Source: Gemmatimonadales bacterium
GTDB taxonomy: Bacteria > Gemmatimonadota > Gemmatimonadetes > Gemmatimonadales > Gemmatimonadaceae
Length of the DNA: 64,000 nt
NCBI GenBank assembly: GCA_038205995.1
Contig: JBBRBH010000004.1
Coordinates: 17,968-81,967, forward strand
Reading direction: 5' to 3'
The notes under the pieces were generated by a model. That model had not been told where the DNA came from and ran no database searches. It saw only the letters and a list, made by a program, of their open reading frames with translations. Positions 10,078 through 17,829 of this stretch are shown here, one piece after another. Positions within the stretch are counted from its first letter, which is position 1. Each line of letters opens with the position of its first letter. The translations under genes and the position numbers were made by a program.

Positions 10078-11409
10078 ATGAGAACGTTTCGAATTCGCGC
10101 CGTGGCTTTCGCTCTCGCTTTCGCGCCGTCTTTGGTGGCTGCGCAGCAGGCGGCGCAGGCGGATGGCGGCGCGCGACCGATTTCATTGGCTGAGGCGGTC
10201 CATGCAGCGAGGATGAACTCGCCGCTCTCAGCATCTGCGCGAAACCAGCTGCGCGTCGGCAAGCTGCAAGAGATGAATGCGCTCGGCCAATTCCTCCCGA
10301 ACCTCAGCGTGGGAATGAACGCGGGCAATACATCAGGCGCGTCATTCTTCCAAGGTCAGTTTGTGCCGTATCAGGGCAATCCCTGGAACTACGGCAAATT
10401 TTATCAGGGGCGCATTCTGCTCTTTGACGGAGGCCAGCGGTATTTCTCGTATCGCGCGTCGCAGGCAACGCAGCGGGCGAATGAGGAAATTGAGACTGCC
10501 CAGAACTACAGCGTCGCAACGACGGTGAAGCAGCAGTACTATCAAGTGTTGCTCGCGCGCGAACTCGAGGCGGCGGGGGCAAGCGCAATGCAGGCGGCGG
10601 AGGTGACGCATAATATCTCGTCGTCGAAGGTGAAAATCGGCGCGTTGCCCCGCAGCGACTCACTCAAGTCAGCGGTCTCGATCGGCACGGCGCGTCTGGC
10701 GATTCTCAACGCGCGCGCTCAGTTGCGCGATGCCAACGCCGCGCTCACTCGCTTGGTCGCATCGAACTCGCCCGTTACCGCGATCATCGCGGACACGTCT
10801 GACGTGCCTCGTATTGACGTCGACGATGCAGCGCTCTTTCGTATGGCGGAAGATGGGCCCGGTGTGCGTCAGGCACTCGCTGTTTACGACGCGGCGAAGC
10901 AAAATCACCGCGCAACAGTGACGGCGCAGTTTGTCCCGCAGGTTGGAGCGAGCTACACGTACCAGACGGGAAATTCGTCGCCGACGTTCAACTGGGGCGG
11001 CGGCCCGGCTCAGTCGAAAAACACGAGCTACGGTTTTCAGGTCAACTACAACATTTTCAATGGGTTCTCACGCGAACTCCAGGCGATGCAGGCGACCGTC
11101 GCGGAGGACAACGCAGAAATCGCGTTGCGCGATGCGCGACTTCTCGCGCACTCGCAGCTCGCGCAGCTGATTGATCAATTCCGGCTGGCGTCGCAGACCA
11201 TCGAACTGCAGCAGTTGCAGATCGCCGCGGGCAGCGAAGATCTTGCTGTCACGCAGGCCCGGTACGCGGTGGGGCAGAACTCGCTCGTCGACCTGCTGAC
11301 CTCGCAAACTGCGCTCGATCTCCAGCGCAGTCTTCTTGTGAACGCACGCTACTCGGCGCGCAACGCCAAGGCGGCGATCGAGGCTTTCATTGGGCGCGAC
11401 TTGAAATAG
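10078..11409 (+). CDS. TolC-family outer-membrane efflux channel
   Basis: Track ORF 9769..11409 trimmed to ATG 10078, with AGGAG 7 nt upstream and signal peptide MRTFRIRAVAFALAFAPSLVAAQQ. Two internally repeated halves with long helical segments (e.g. YYQVLLARELEAAGASAMQAAE / LAQLIDQFRLASQTIELQQLQIAAG) are typical of the OEP/TolC family. Confidence 0.85.
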   Translation: MRTFRIRAVAFALAFAPSLVAAQQAAQADGGARPISLAEAVHAARMNSPLSASARNQLRVGKLQEMNALGQFLPNLSVGMNAGNTSGASFFQGQFVPYQGNPWNYGKFYQGRILLFDGGQRYFSYRASQATQRANEEIETAQNYSVATTVKQQYYQVLLARELEAAGASAMQAAEVTHNISSSKVKIGALPRSDSLKSAVSIGTARLAILNARAQLRDANAALTRLVASNSPVTAIIADTSDVPRIDVDDAALFRMAEDGPGVRQALAVYDAAKQNHRATVTAQFVPQVGASYTYQTGNSSPTFNWGGGPAQSKNTSYGFQVNYNIFNGFSRELQAMQATVAEDNAEIALRDARLLAHSQLAQLIDQFRLASQTIELQQLQIAAGSEDLAVTQARYAVGQNSLVDLLTSQTALDLQRSLLVNARYSARNAKAAIEAFIGRDLK

Positions 11410-11476
11410 CGTGGTGGCGGGGGCAGAATAGAAGAGCAGATCGTCCAGAAGTGCCCCCGCTGACGAGGATTCGAAC

Positions 11477-12139
11477 ATGCGTTCCCAGTTACGTCTCGTA
11501 GTTCCCGCGCTGCTCGTCGTCGCGGTGTCCTGCACGCAGTCTTCGACGAAGACCACTACTACGCCTGCGCCGGGTGCCGGGCCGACGGCAACTGCCGCAA
11601 CTCCTTCTTCGGCTCCAGCGCCGGCTGCGACTGGTGCAGCGGGAACAGGTCGTGGCGGAGCGCCCGCTCCAGGCGCCGGCGGCCCGCCGGGCGGTGGGCG
11701 CGGTGGCCCGCCGATGACGCCCGAGCAGCGCGCCGCGCGGCGCGATTCGATCGGAACGCTTCGCGCCGCGATGCGCACGCAGGTGTTGAAGGACATCGCC
11801 GGCCGCGAGAATGAACCCGCCGGCACCGTCTTCAAGAACGTGCAGGTCCTGAAGGACATGCCCGCGGGACGCTTCGTCGTTCTTATGGATTCAACATGGG
11901 GCCGCGCGCTCGGCCGCAACTGCACCGACTGCCACGTCGCCAATCAGTGGGCGAGCGACAGCGTCGGCCGCAAAAAAACCGCGCGCATCATGGCGGGCAT
12001 CGTCGAAGGGATCAACAACGAGCAGCTCACGAAGATTCCGCTTCGTCCGGGCGCAGCGCCGGGATCGACGCCGAAGATTACCTGCATCACCTGCCATCGC
12101 GGCAACCCGGGAGGTCCGCGACAGGAGTTGCTGCCCTGA
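11477..12139 (+). CDS. Dihaem c-type cytochrome lipoprotein, photosynthetic-reaction-centre cytochrome c subunit-like domain
   Basis: Lipobox VAVSC, then a Pro/Ala/Gly/Arg-rich linker. The domain reads KNVQVLKDMPAGRFVVLMDSTWGRALGRNCTDCH ... KITCITCHRG, with two CxxCH haem-binding motifs. Confidence 0.75.
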   Translation: MRSQLRLVVPALLVVAVSCTQSSTKTTTTPAPGAGPTATAATPSSAPAPAATGAAGTGRGGAPAPGAGGPPGGGRGGPPMTPEQRAARRDSIGTLRAAMRTQVLKDIAGRENEPAGTVFKNVQVLKDMPAGRFVVLMDSTWGRALGRNCTDCHVANQWASDSVGRKKTARIMAGIVEGINNEQLTKIPLRPGAAPGSTPKITCITCHRGNPGGPRQELLP

Positions 12140-12140
12140 T

Positions 12141-13847
12141 CTACGTAACCTGCTGCGGCTCCGCGCTGTTGAACGATTCGCCGAGCATCAGAATCACGAA
12201 ATAGCACTCGATGGCAAGCATGAGTCCGCCCGCCGCGCTGGAAGTCATCAGCGCGGCGGGCGTGTTTGCGCGCAGTGCGAAATAGGCACCGGCGGCCACC
12301 AGCCCGGGAAAGAGCGTCAGCAAGAGCAGCGCAACCAGCGAACCGATCATCGCGAGCATTCCCTGACCCATCATTTCGACACCGCCGGGGCCGCCGGTTC
12401 CGAGACGCAGCCACGCGGGAAAGAGCACGGCAGTTCCATTCGCAATCGTGAAGAACGCAAAGTCGACCGCGAGAAGCGGAATCGGAGCGGCCAGCAATAT
12501 TGAAGTACGAGCAGCCGCTGAAACTGCCATCGGCCCAGCGGTGAACGTCGCGATGTAGGCGATGACGAGCAGCGCAAATTGCAGCACGAACAATGGGATC
12601 ACCCCCGATATGACTTCGGCGAGCACGAGGTCAGAGCCACGCAACGGGAGCGACTTCAGGAACGGAAGGTGGAGCATGTCACTGCGCAAATCGGTCCGGA
12701 AACCGGGCACGGCGACGATCGTCACCACGAGCATCATCGAAAGCGCCATCACGGCGACTGTGCGGGGAATATCGTGCGACTTCCAGCCGATTCCCGCAGT
12801 CGCGAGCACCATGAGCAACGAGAGCCGCAGCAGCATTCCCGATTGAAACGTTCGCTTCAGCGCGATGATGTTCTTCCACACGATCGCGATCGCCGGGTTT
12901 CCGGTCGATGCAAGACTGATCGTGCCAAATGCTTTCTTGCCCGAGGGTACTGTCACTCCGCTGCGGCGTGAGCGCATGTTTGCGATGCGCTTCGCCTGTT
13001 CGGTCGACGCGAGCGCGGCAGCTTCCTCGAACGCCGTATCGGTGCGGAGCACCCATACGATGTGCATCGCGACGATGCCGAGCGCCGGGAGCATCGCGCG
13101 AGCCCAGTCCGAAATCGAATGCGCGAACATCGGCCCGACGACGAGCCGGAACGGCAGCAGCACATTGCGCGCGAACGGCTCGTGGAGAATCGCGATGAAC
13201 GTCTTCATGAAGGCGAACGGATCGGGAGTATTCCTGAGACGCGCACTTTCGCTCGCGCTCGAAAGCCCGACCGCAACTCCAATGACCGCGATGATCAGAA
13301 ACGGAATCCAGTTCTGCCGCTTGCCTGCCGCCCGAGTTTCGACGTGCTTGGCGCGCTGCAACGCGATGCCCATGCGATGCAGACTGAACGTCGTGAAGAC
13401 GGACCAAATTCCGATCGCCGTGAGTGCGGATGGAATCGACGAGTTCCCCCTGCCGAGCAGGAACACCCAGATCAGCGCGTTCAGCGCAAGCAGCAGCTGC
13501 GTGCGCACGAGCTTGTAGATGATCAGTCCGCGGCGCGGCACGGGCGCCGTGAAGAGCATGGCGACTTCGGCCTCCGAGAACGCGAGCGCCGAGCGATCGC
13601 CGCCGAAAATCCATATTCCGGCGGCGAGCAGCAAAACAAAAATCGGCGCCAGCGTTTCCACCGTGTCGCCGAGGAACGGACTTCTGCCGACGCCGCCGAA
13701 CGCCCGGCGCCGGAAAAAGAGCGAGTAGAAATAGAGGAGGCCCAGCACCAGGCCGATCGCGTAGCGTGGCTGCTTCAGCCTGCGCACCTGCGACATCACG
13801 CGATTCCGCGTGGTGTTGAAAATCAGATAGACGAAGGCCGCGGTCAC
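12141..13847 (-). CDS. Large polytopic membrane protein of the 'putative ABC exporter' type (permease partner of 13844..14593)
   Basis: Track ORF (to 14168) trimmed to GTG 13847, which overlaps the ATPase stop as GTGA. The N-terminus TAAFVYLIFNTTRNRVMSQVRRLKQPRYAIGLVLGLLYFY is followed by many hydrophobic segments. The upstream extension is Arg-rich and overlaps the ATPase gene. Confidence 0.7.
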   Translation of the reverse strand: MTAAFVYLIFNTTRNRVMSQVRRLKQPRYAIGLVLGLLYFYSLFFRRRAFGGVGRSPFLGDTVETLAPIFVLLLAAGIWIFGGDRSALAFSEAEVAMLFTAPVPRRGLIIYKLVRTQLLLALNALIWVFLLGRGNSSIPSALTAIGIWSVFTTFSLHRMGIALQRAKHVETRAAGKRQNWIPFLIIAVIGVAVGLSSASESARLRNTPDPFAFMKTFIAILHEPFARNVLLPFRLVVGPMFAHSISDWARAMLPALGIVAMHIVWVLRTDTAFEEAAALASTEQAKRIANMRSRRSGVTVPSGKKAFGTISLASTGNPAIAIVWKNIIALKRTFQSGMLLRLSLLMVLATAGIGWKSHDIPRTVAVMALSMMLVVTIVAVPGFRTDLRSDMLHLPFLKSLPLRGSDLVLAEVISGVIPLFVLQFALLVIAYIATFTAGPMAVSAAARTSILLAAPIPLLAVDFAFFTIANGTAVLFPAWLRLGTGGPGGVEMMGQGMLAMIGSLVALLLLTLFPGLVAAGAYFALRANTPAALMTSSAAGGLMLAIECYFVILMLGESFNSAEPQQVT

Positions 13848-14593
13848 GCCTGCGCGGCTGGCGGCGCGGAATCGCCGTCCGAGGTGAGCGTGAGAAAGAC
13901 GTCCTCGAGCGATCGCCCCGCGAGGTCGGGCCGCTTTGCCACGATTTCCTCGAGCGTGCCGTACGCCACGCATGCGCCGCGCCGCACGATGAACAGCTTC
14001 GTGCACAGTTCTTCCACCAGATGCAGCAGGTGCGAACTCAGCACCACGGCGACCCCCGCTTGTGCGCGGGCGGCAATCGTTCCGCGCATTTTCCGGATGC
14101 CCGCAGGGTCGAGCCCCGTGAGCGGCTCGTCGAGGATCAGCGCGGTCGGGTTGTGCAGCAGTCCGCACGCGATCGCGAGCTTTTGTTTCATGCCGCGCGA
14201 GAGCTCGGCCGGGAGCGTGGTGAGTTTCTCGGTCAGCTCGAGCTCGGCGAGCAGCACCGGAATCTGCGCTTCGGCGTCGGCCACACCGTAGAGCCGCGCG
14301 ATAAATCGCAGATGTTCCTGTACGGTGAGATAGTCAAAGAGGTGCGGTTCGTCGGGAATGAACGCGAGCTCGCGCTTGGCAGGCACCGGCTTTGACTGAA
14401 TGTCGTTGCCCGCGATACTGACCGCGCCGCGCGATGGCGCCATGATGCCGGCGAGGCAGCGGAGCGTGGTGGTTTTTCCCGCGCCGTTCGGCCCGACGAG
14501 CCCGAGCACTTCACCGGGCCCAACGTCGAACGAAATGGAGTCCACGGCGGTGAACGAGCCGTAGTTCTTGGTGAGTTCTCTGACGGAAATCAT
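13844..14593 (-). CDS. ABC transporter ATP-binding protein
   Basis: Walker A GPNGAGKTT, signature LSRGMKQKLAIA, Walker B ALILDEPLTGLD, H-loop SSHLL. Confidence 0.95.
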   Translation of the reverse strand: MISVRELTKNYGSFTAVDSISFDVGPGEVLGLVGPNGAGKTTTLRCLAGIMAPSRGAVSIAGNDIQSKPVPAKRELAFIPDEPHLFDYLTVQEHLRFIARLYGVADAEAQIPVLLAELELTEKLTTLPAELSRGMKQKLAIACGLLHNPTALILDEPLTGLDPAGIRKMRGTIAARAQAGVAVVLSSHLLHLVEELCTKLFIVRRGACVAYGTLEEIVAKRPDLAGRSLEDVFLTLTSDGDSAPPAAQA

Positions 14594-14681
14594 TCCCGAA
14601 GTTAAAGCATGGTTCCTCGTACAGCCAGCGAAAACAGGCTAAGTTGTGTGCTGCACCGTCCGACAATCCGGAGTCACACCT

Positions 14682-15737
14682 ATGGCATCGAGAACGCGCG
14701 CCGGAATTTTTGGCGCGATTGTGGTCATCGGGATTATCGCCGTTGTGATCTTTACGAGGCCTGGCCCGCTCGTGCTCACCGGCATCGTCACGACCAACGA
14801 CGTGATCGTGAGTCCGCAGGTGAGCGCGAAACTCAGCCGGCTCCTCGTGAAAGAGGGCGACAAAATCGAGGCGAACCAGCTGCTCGCGGTGCTCGCACCC
14901 GACGAGCTTCGTGCCGATCGCGCATTCGCCGCGCAGAGCGAACAGGGACTCGGCGATCAAGTCGAAGTGAGCGAGGCCGCCCTGCGGTATCAGGAACAGC
15001 AGACGGCAGATCAGATCCGCCAGGCCGATGCGAATCTCGCGGCAACCGTCGCGCAACAGACGGAGGCCATGGCGAATCTGAACATCGCGAAGCTTTCGTT
15101 CGGCCGCGCTCAGGCGATGCTCAAGGCCGGCGCCATTTCGGCGCAAGACGCCGATCAGGCAAAGACGAACAGCGACGTGGCCGCGGCGCGCGTGGACGCG
15201 ACGAATCGACAGGGTGAATCCGCACGCGCCGCGCTGGCGCTGGCGAAATCCGCCGCGGAGCAGATCGCGGTTCGCCGCGGAGGAGTTCGCGCGGCGCAGC
15301 GCGGAAAGGCCGCCGCCGGTGCGCAGACGGCGAAGGCCGACGTGCGCCTGGGGTACAGCGAAATTCGAGCGCCGATCGCCGGAATCGTCGATGTCGCCGC
15401 CGCGCGCGCTGGCGAAATCGTGAATCCCGGACAGCCGATCGTCACGCTGATCAACCCCGACGATCTCTGGGTACGCGCCGACGTCGAGGAGAGCTATATC
15501 GAACGAATCAAGCTCGGCGACTCGCTCTTGGTGCGCTTGCCCTCAGGCGACGAGCGGATGGGCGCCGTGTTTTATCGCGGAGCCGACGCCGGGTTCGCCA
15601 CGCAGCGCGATGTCAGCAGAACCAAGCGTGACATCAAGACATTTGAAATTCGTTTGCGCCTCGACAACAAAGAGCGCCGCCTCGCCGTCGGCATGACGGC
15701 GTACGTGGTGCTGCCCAAGAGCGTGACGTCGAAGTGA
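14682..15737 (+). CDS. HlyD-family secretion/adaptor protein (YbhG-like)
   Basis: Start trimmed to ATG 14682 (MASRTRAGIFGAIVVIGIIAVVIFT, a single TM anchor). It has a long coiled-coil region and IRAPIAGIVDVAAARAGEIVNPGQPIVTLINPDDLWVRADVEE, the lipoyl/beta-barrel motif typical of HlyD_D23-type adaptors. Its stop overlaps the next gene as GTGA. Confidence 0.9.
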   Translation: MASRTRAGIFGAIVVIGIIAVVIFTRPGPLVLTGIVTTNDVIVSPQVSAKLSRLLVKEGDKIEANQLLAVLAPDELRADRAFAAQSEQGLGDQVEVSEAALRYQEQQTADQIRQADANLAATVAQQTEAMANLNIAKLSFGRAQAMLKAGAISAQDADQAKTNSDVAAARVDATNRQGESARAALALAKSAAEQIAVRRGGVRAAQRGKAAAGAQTAKADVRLGYSEIRAPIAGIVDVAAARAGEIVNPGQPIVTLINPDDLWVRADVEESYIERIKLGDSLLVRLPSGDERMGAVFYRGADAGFATQRDVSRTKRDIKTFEIRLRLDNKERRLAVGMTAYVVLPKSVTSK

Positions 15738-16708
15738 GTCCGGCACACGACAACCCGATTGCGATCGACGTTCGCGCGATCACCAAGCGCTTTGGCGATT
15801 TCACCGCGGTGAACAAGATCTCGTTCACTGTGGGCCGCGGCGAAACACTCGGCTTGCTCGGGCCCAACGGCGCGGGAAAATCCACGCTCATCCGCCTGAT
15901 GACGACGCTGATGCTCCCCACCGAGGGAACCGCGCTCGTCGACGGCGCGGACATCGTGCAGGACGCCGATGCGGTGCGCCACTCGATCGGCGTCATTCCG
16001 CAGGCGATGACGAGCGACCTTGAGCTCAGCTGCCGCGAGAACCTTCTGATTTTCGCGAAGTTGTATAGTGTGCCGAAAGAGAAGCGCGAGAAGCTCATCA
16101 AAGAGCTGCTCCATGCGGTGGATCTCACCGATTGGGCCGACAAGCAGGTGAGCACGCTTTCCGGCGGGATGAGACGAAGGCTGGAAATCGCGCGTGGCCT
16201 CGTGCACGAGCCGCGCATTTTCTTCCTTGACGAACCCACCACCGGGCTCGATCCCGTTGCGCGCCGGAATGTTTGGGAGATGCTCGAGAAGATCAAATCC
16301 GAGCGCGATCTCACGCTGCTGCTCACCACGCACATGATGGAAGAAGCCGACCATCTCTGCGACCGCATCGCGATCGTCGATCACGGTCAGCTCATGGCGC
16401 TCGACACGCCGATTCACCTGAAGGCCGCCGTGCCCGGAGAGAACATGCTCGAGGTGCTCTTCGAGAGTACGCCCGACGACTGGAAGGCAAGCGTGGGCGC
16501 GCTGCCCGGCGTCGCTGCGGTGTCAGCGGTCGGAGACGCGTTTCATATCTCGTCCACGGACGGACCCGCGACGACGATGGCGCTGCTCGATGCCTCGGCG
16601 AGGGCGCATGTCACGGTGAAGACGCTCGCGGTGCAGAGCACCACGCTCGACGATGTCTTCGTGCATTTCACAGGCCGCCAGCTGCACGGCGACGCGAAGG
16701 CGAATTAG
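15734..16708 (+). CDS. ABC transporter ATP-binding protein (DrrA/YbhF-like, ABC-2 subfamily)
   Basis: Walker A GPNGAGKST, signature LSGGMRRRLEIA, Walker B IFFLDEPTTGLD, H-loop TTHMMEEA. Confidence 0.95.
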   Translation: MSPAHDNPIAIDVRAITKRFGDFTAVNKISFTVGRGETLGLLGPNGAGKSTLIRLMTTLMLPTEGTALVDGADIVQDADAVRHSIGVIPQAMTSDLELSCRENLLIFAKLYSVPKEKREKLIKELLHAVDLTDWADKQVSTLSGGMRRRLEIARGLVHEPRIFFLDEPTTGLDPVARRNVWEMLEKIKSERDLTLLLTTHMMEEADHLCDRIAIVDHGQLMALDTPIHLKAAVPGENMLEVLFESTPDDWKASVGALPGVAAVSAVGDAFHISSTDGPATTMALLDASARAHVTVKTLAVQSTTLDDVFVHFTGRQLHGDAKAN

Positions 16709-16710
16709 AA

Positions 16711-17826
16711 ATGGAGCGCGTGTTCGCACTGGTAGAACGCGAGATGCGGCGTTTTCGCCGCAGCAAGACGCTGATCATCATGTCGCTGCTCATGCCGATC
16801 GTGCAGCTCGTGGTGCTTGGTTACGCGTTCGGCGGCACCGTGAAAAATCTGCGGCTCGGCATCGTTGATCAGGATCGCGGCGTGCCCGCAGTGCATATGC
16901 GCGAGCTCGCCGGCGCGATCGCCGCAAACTCCAAGACCTTCGTGCCGCTCGCGTATGCCGATCTCGGCGAGGCGGTCACCGCGCTGCGAAACGGAAAACT
17001 CAATGGCGTACTCACTATTCCGCCTGATTTCTCACGGCGCGTTCTGGCGCACGACGATCCGCGCGTCGCGATCATCGAGGACAACACCGACGGGTTTGTC
17101 GCGGGAACGATGGCCGCGACCGCAGGGAGCATGGTCGGCCAGTACGATCAGCCCACGGTTGCGTCGAGCCGCATCTCGCCGGCGACCAGGCTCGACGTCG
17201 TGGAAGTGTATCCATACGTGCCCTACATCCAGTATCTGCTGCCGGGTTCCATCGTGATGTCGATCTTCATGATGGTGATGATCGGCGGCGGAATCATTTT
17301 TCTCGACGACAAATCGCGCGGACTGCACGAGGGGTATCTCGTCACGCCCATCACCAAGCTCGAGCTCGTGCTCGGCTTCACGATTTCCGGTGTCATCAAA
17401 TCGGTGCTCTCGGCGTGCGTCGTGATCACGCTGGGCTCGGTGATCGCCGGCGTGCCGAATGCGTTCGAGCCGTTGCGGCTGTTCCGTTTGTTTGTGGTGG
17501 TTGTCGTGACATCATCGGCGCTGACGAGCATGATGTTCCTGCTCATGGTGCGCATGAGCAATCCGCTCGTGATGCGCGCGCTGTTCGGAATTCTCAATAC
17601 GCTGCTCTATTTCCCGAGCGGTGCGGTGTATCCGCAGCAGGCGTTCCCCGGCTGGATGCGCGCGCTCGCCGTGGCGGATCCGTTCACCTACGCGGTGCAT
17701 GCGTTCAAGTGTCTCATTCTCAAGAACACCGGCTTCGCGGCGATCGGCTCCGATCTGCTCTACCTCACGATCTTCACGCTCGTCTCGATCACCGCAGCGT
17801 CGACCCTCTTCCGCAGAACGCTTTAG
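16711..17826 (+). CDS. ABC-2 type transporter permease
   Basis: Track ORF 16273..17826 trimmed to ATG 16711, 3 nt after the ATPase stop. MERVFALVEREMRRFRRSKTLIIMSLLMPIVQLVVLGYAF is the typical ABC-2 N-terminus, followed by a periplasmic loop and 5 further TM segments. Confidence 0.9.
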   Translation: MERVFALVEREMRRFRRSKTLIIMSLLMPIVQLVVLGYAFGGTVKNLRLGIVDQDRGVPAVHMRELAGAIAANSKTFVPLAYADLGEAVTALRNGKLNGVLTIPPDFSRRVLAHDDPRVAIIEDNTDGFVAGTMAATAGSMVGQYDQPTVASSRISPATRLDVVEVYPYVPYIQYLLPGSIVMSIFMMVMIGGGIIFLDDKSRGLHEGYLVTPITKLELVLGFTISGVIKSVLSACVVITLGSVIAGVPNAFEPLRLFRLFVVVVVTSSALTSMMFLLMVRMSNPLVMRALFGILNTLLYFPSGAVYPQQAFPGWMRALAVADPFTYAVHAFKCLILKNTGFAAIGSDLLYLTIFTLVSITAASTLFRRTL

Positions 17827-17829
17827 CTA

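Noticed and set aside
11417-11460. Inverted repeat GCGGGGGCA...TGCCCCCGC after the TolC gene, considered as an intrinsic terminator
   Set aside because: The 9-bp stem is separated by a 26-nt loop and there is no U-tract. That is too weak to call.
13848-14168. 5' extension of the ABC-exporter membrane protein ORF into the ATPase gene
   Set aside because: The extension is Arg/Ala/Gly-rich and overlaps the Walker B and C-terminal region of the ATPase gene. The GTG at 13847 gives a canonical GTGA coupled start.
16273-16710. 5' extension of the ABC-2 permease ORF. Similar trimmed extensions are 54416..54574 (cyclophilin), 50399..50416 (S9), 35219..35419 (PadR), 40790..40858 (cytochrome c), 42326..42361 (SusD-like), 56898..57023 (hypothetical) and 8556..8630 (MFP).
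   Set aside because: The extensions overlap upstream genes or lack protein-like composition. In each case an internal start is followed immediately by a signal peptide, lipobox or the family-typical N-terminus, and it often overlaps the upstream stop by 4 nt.
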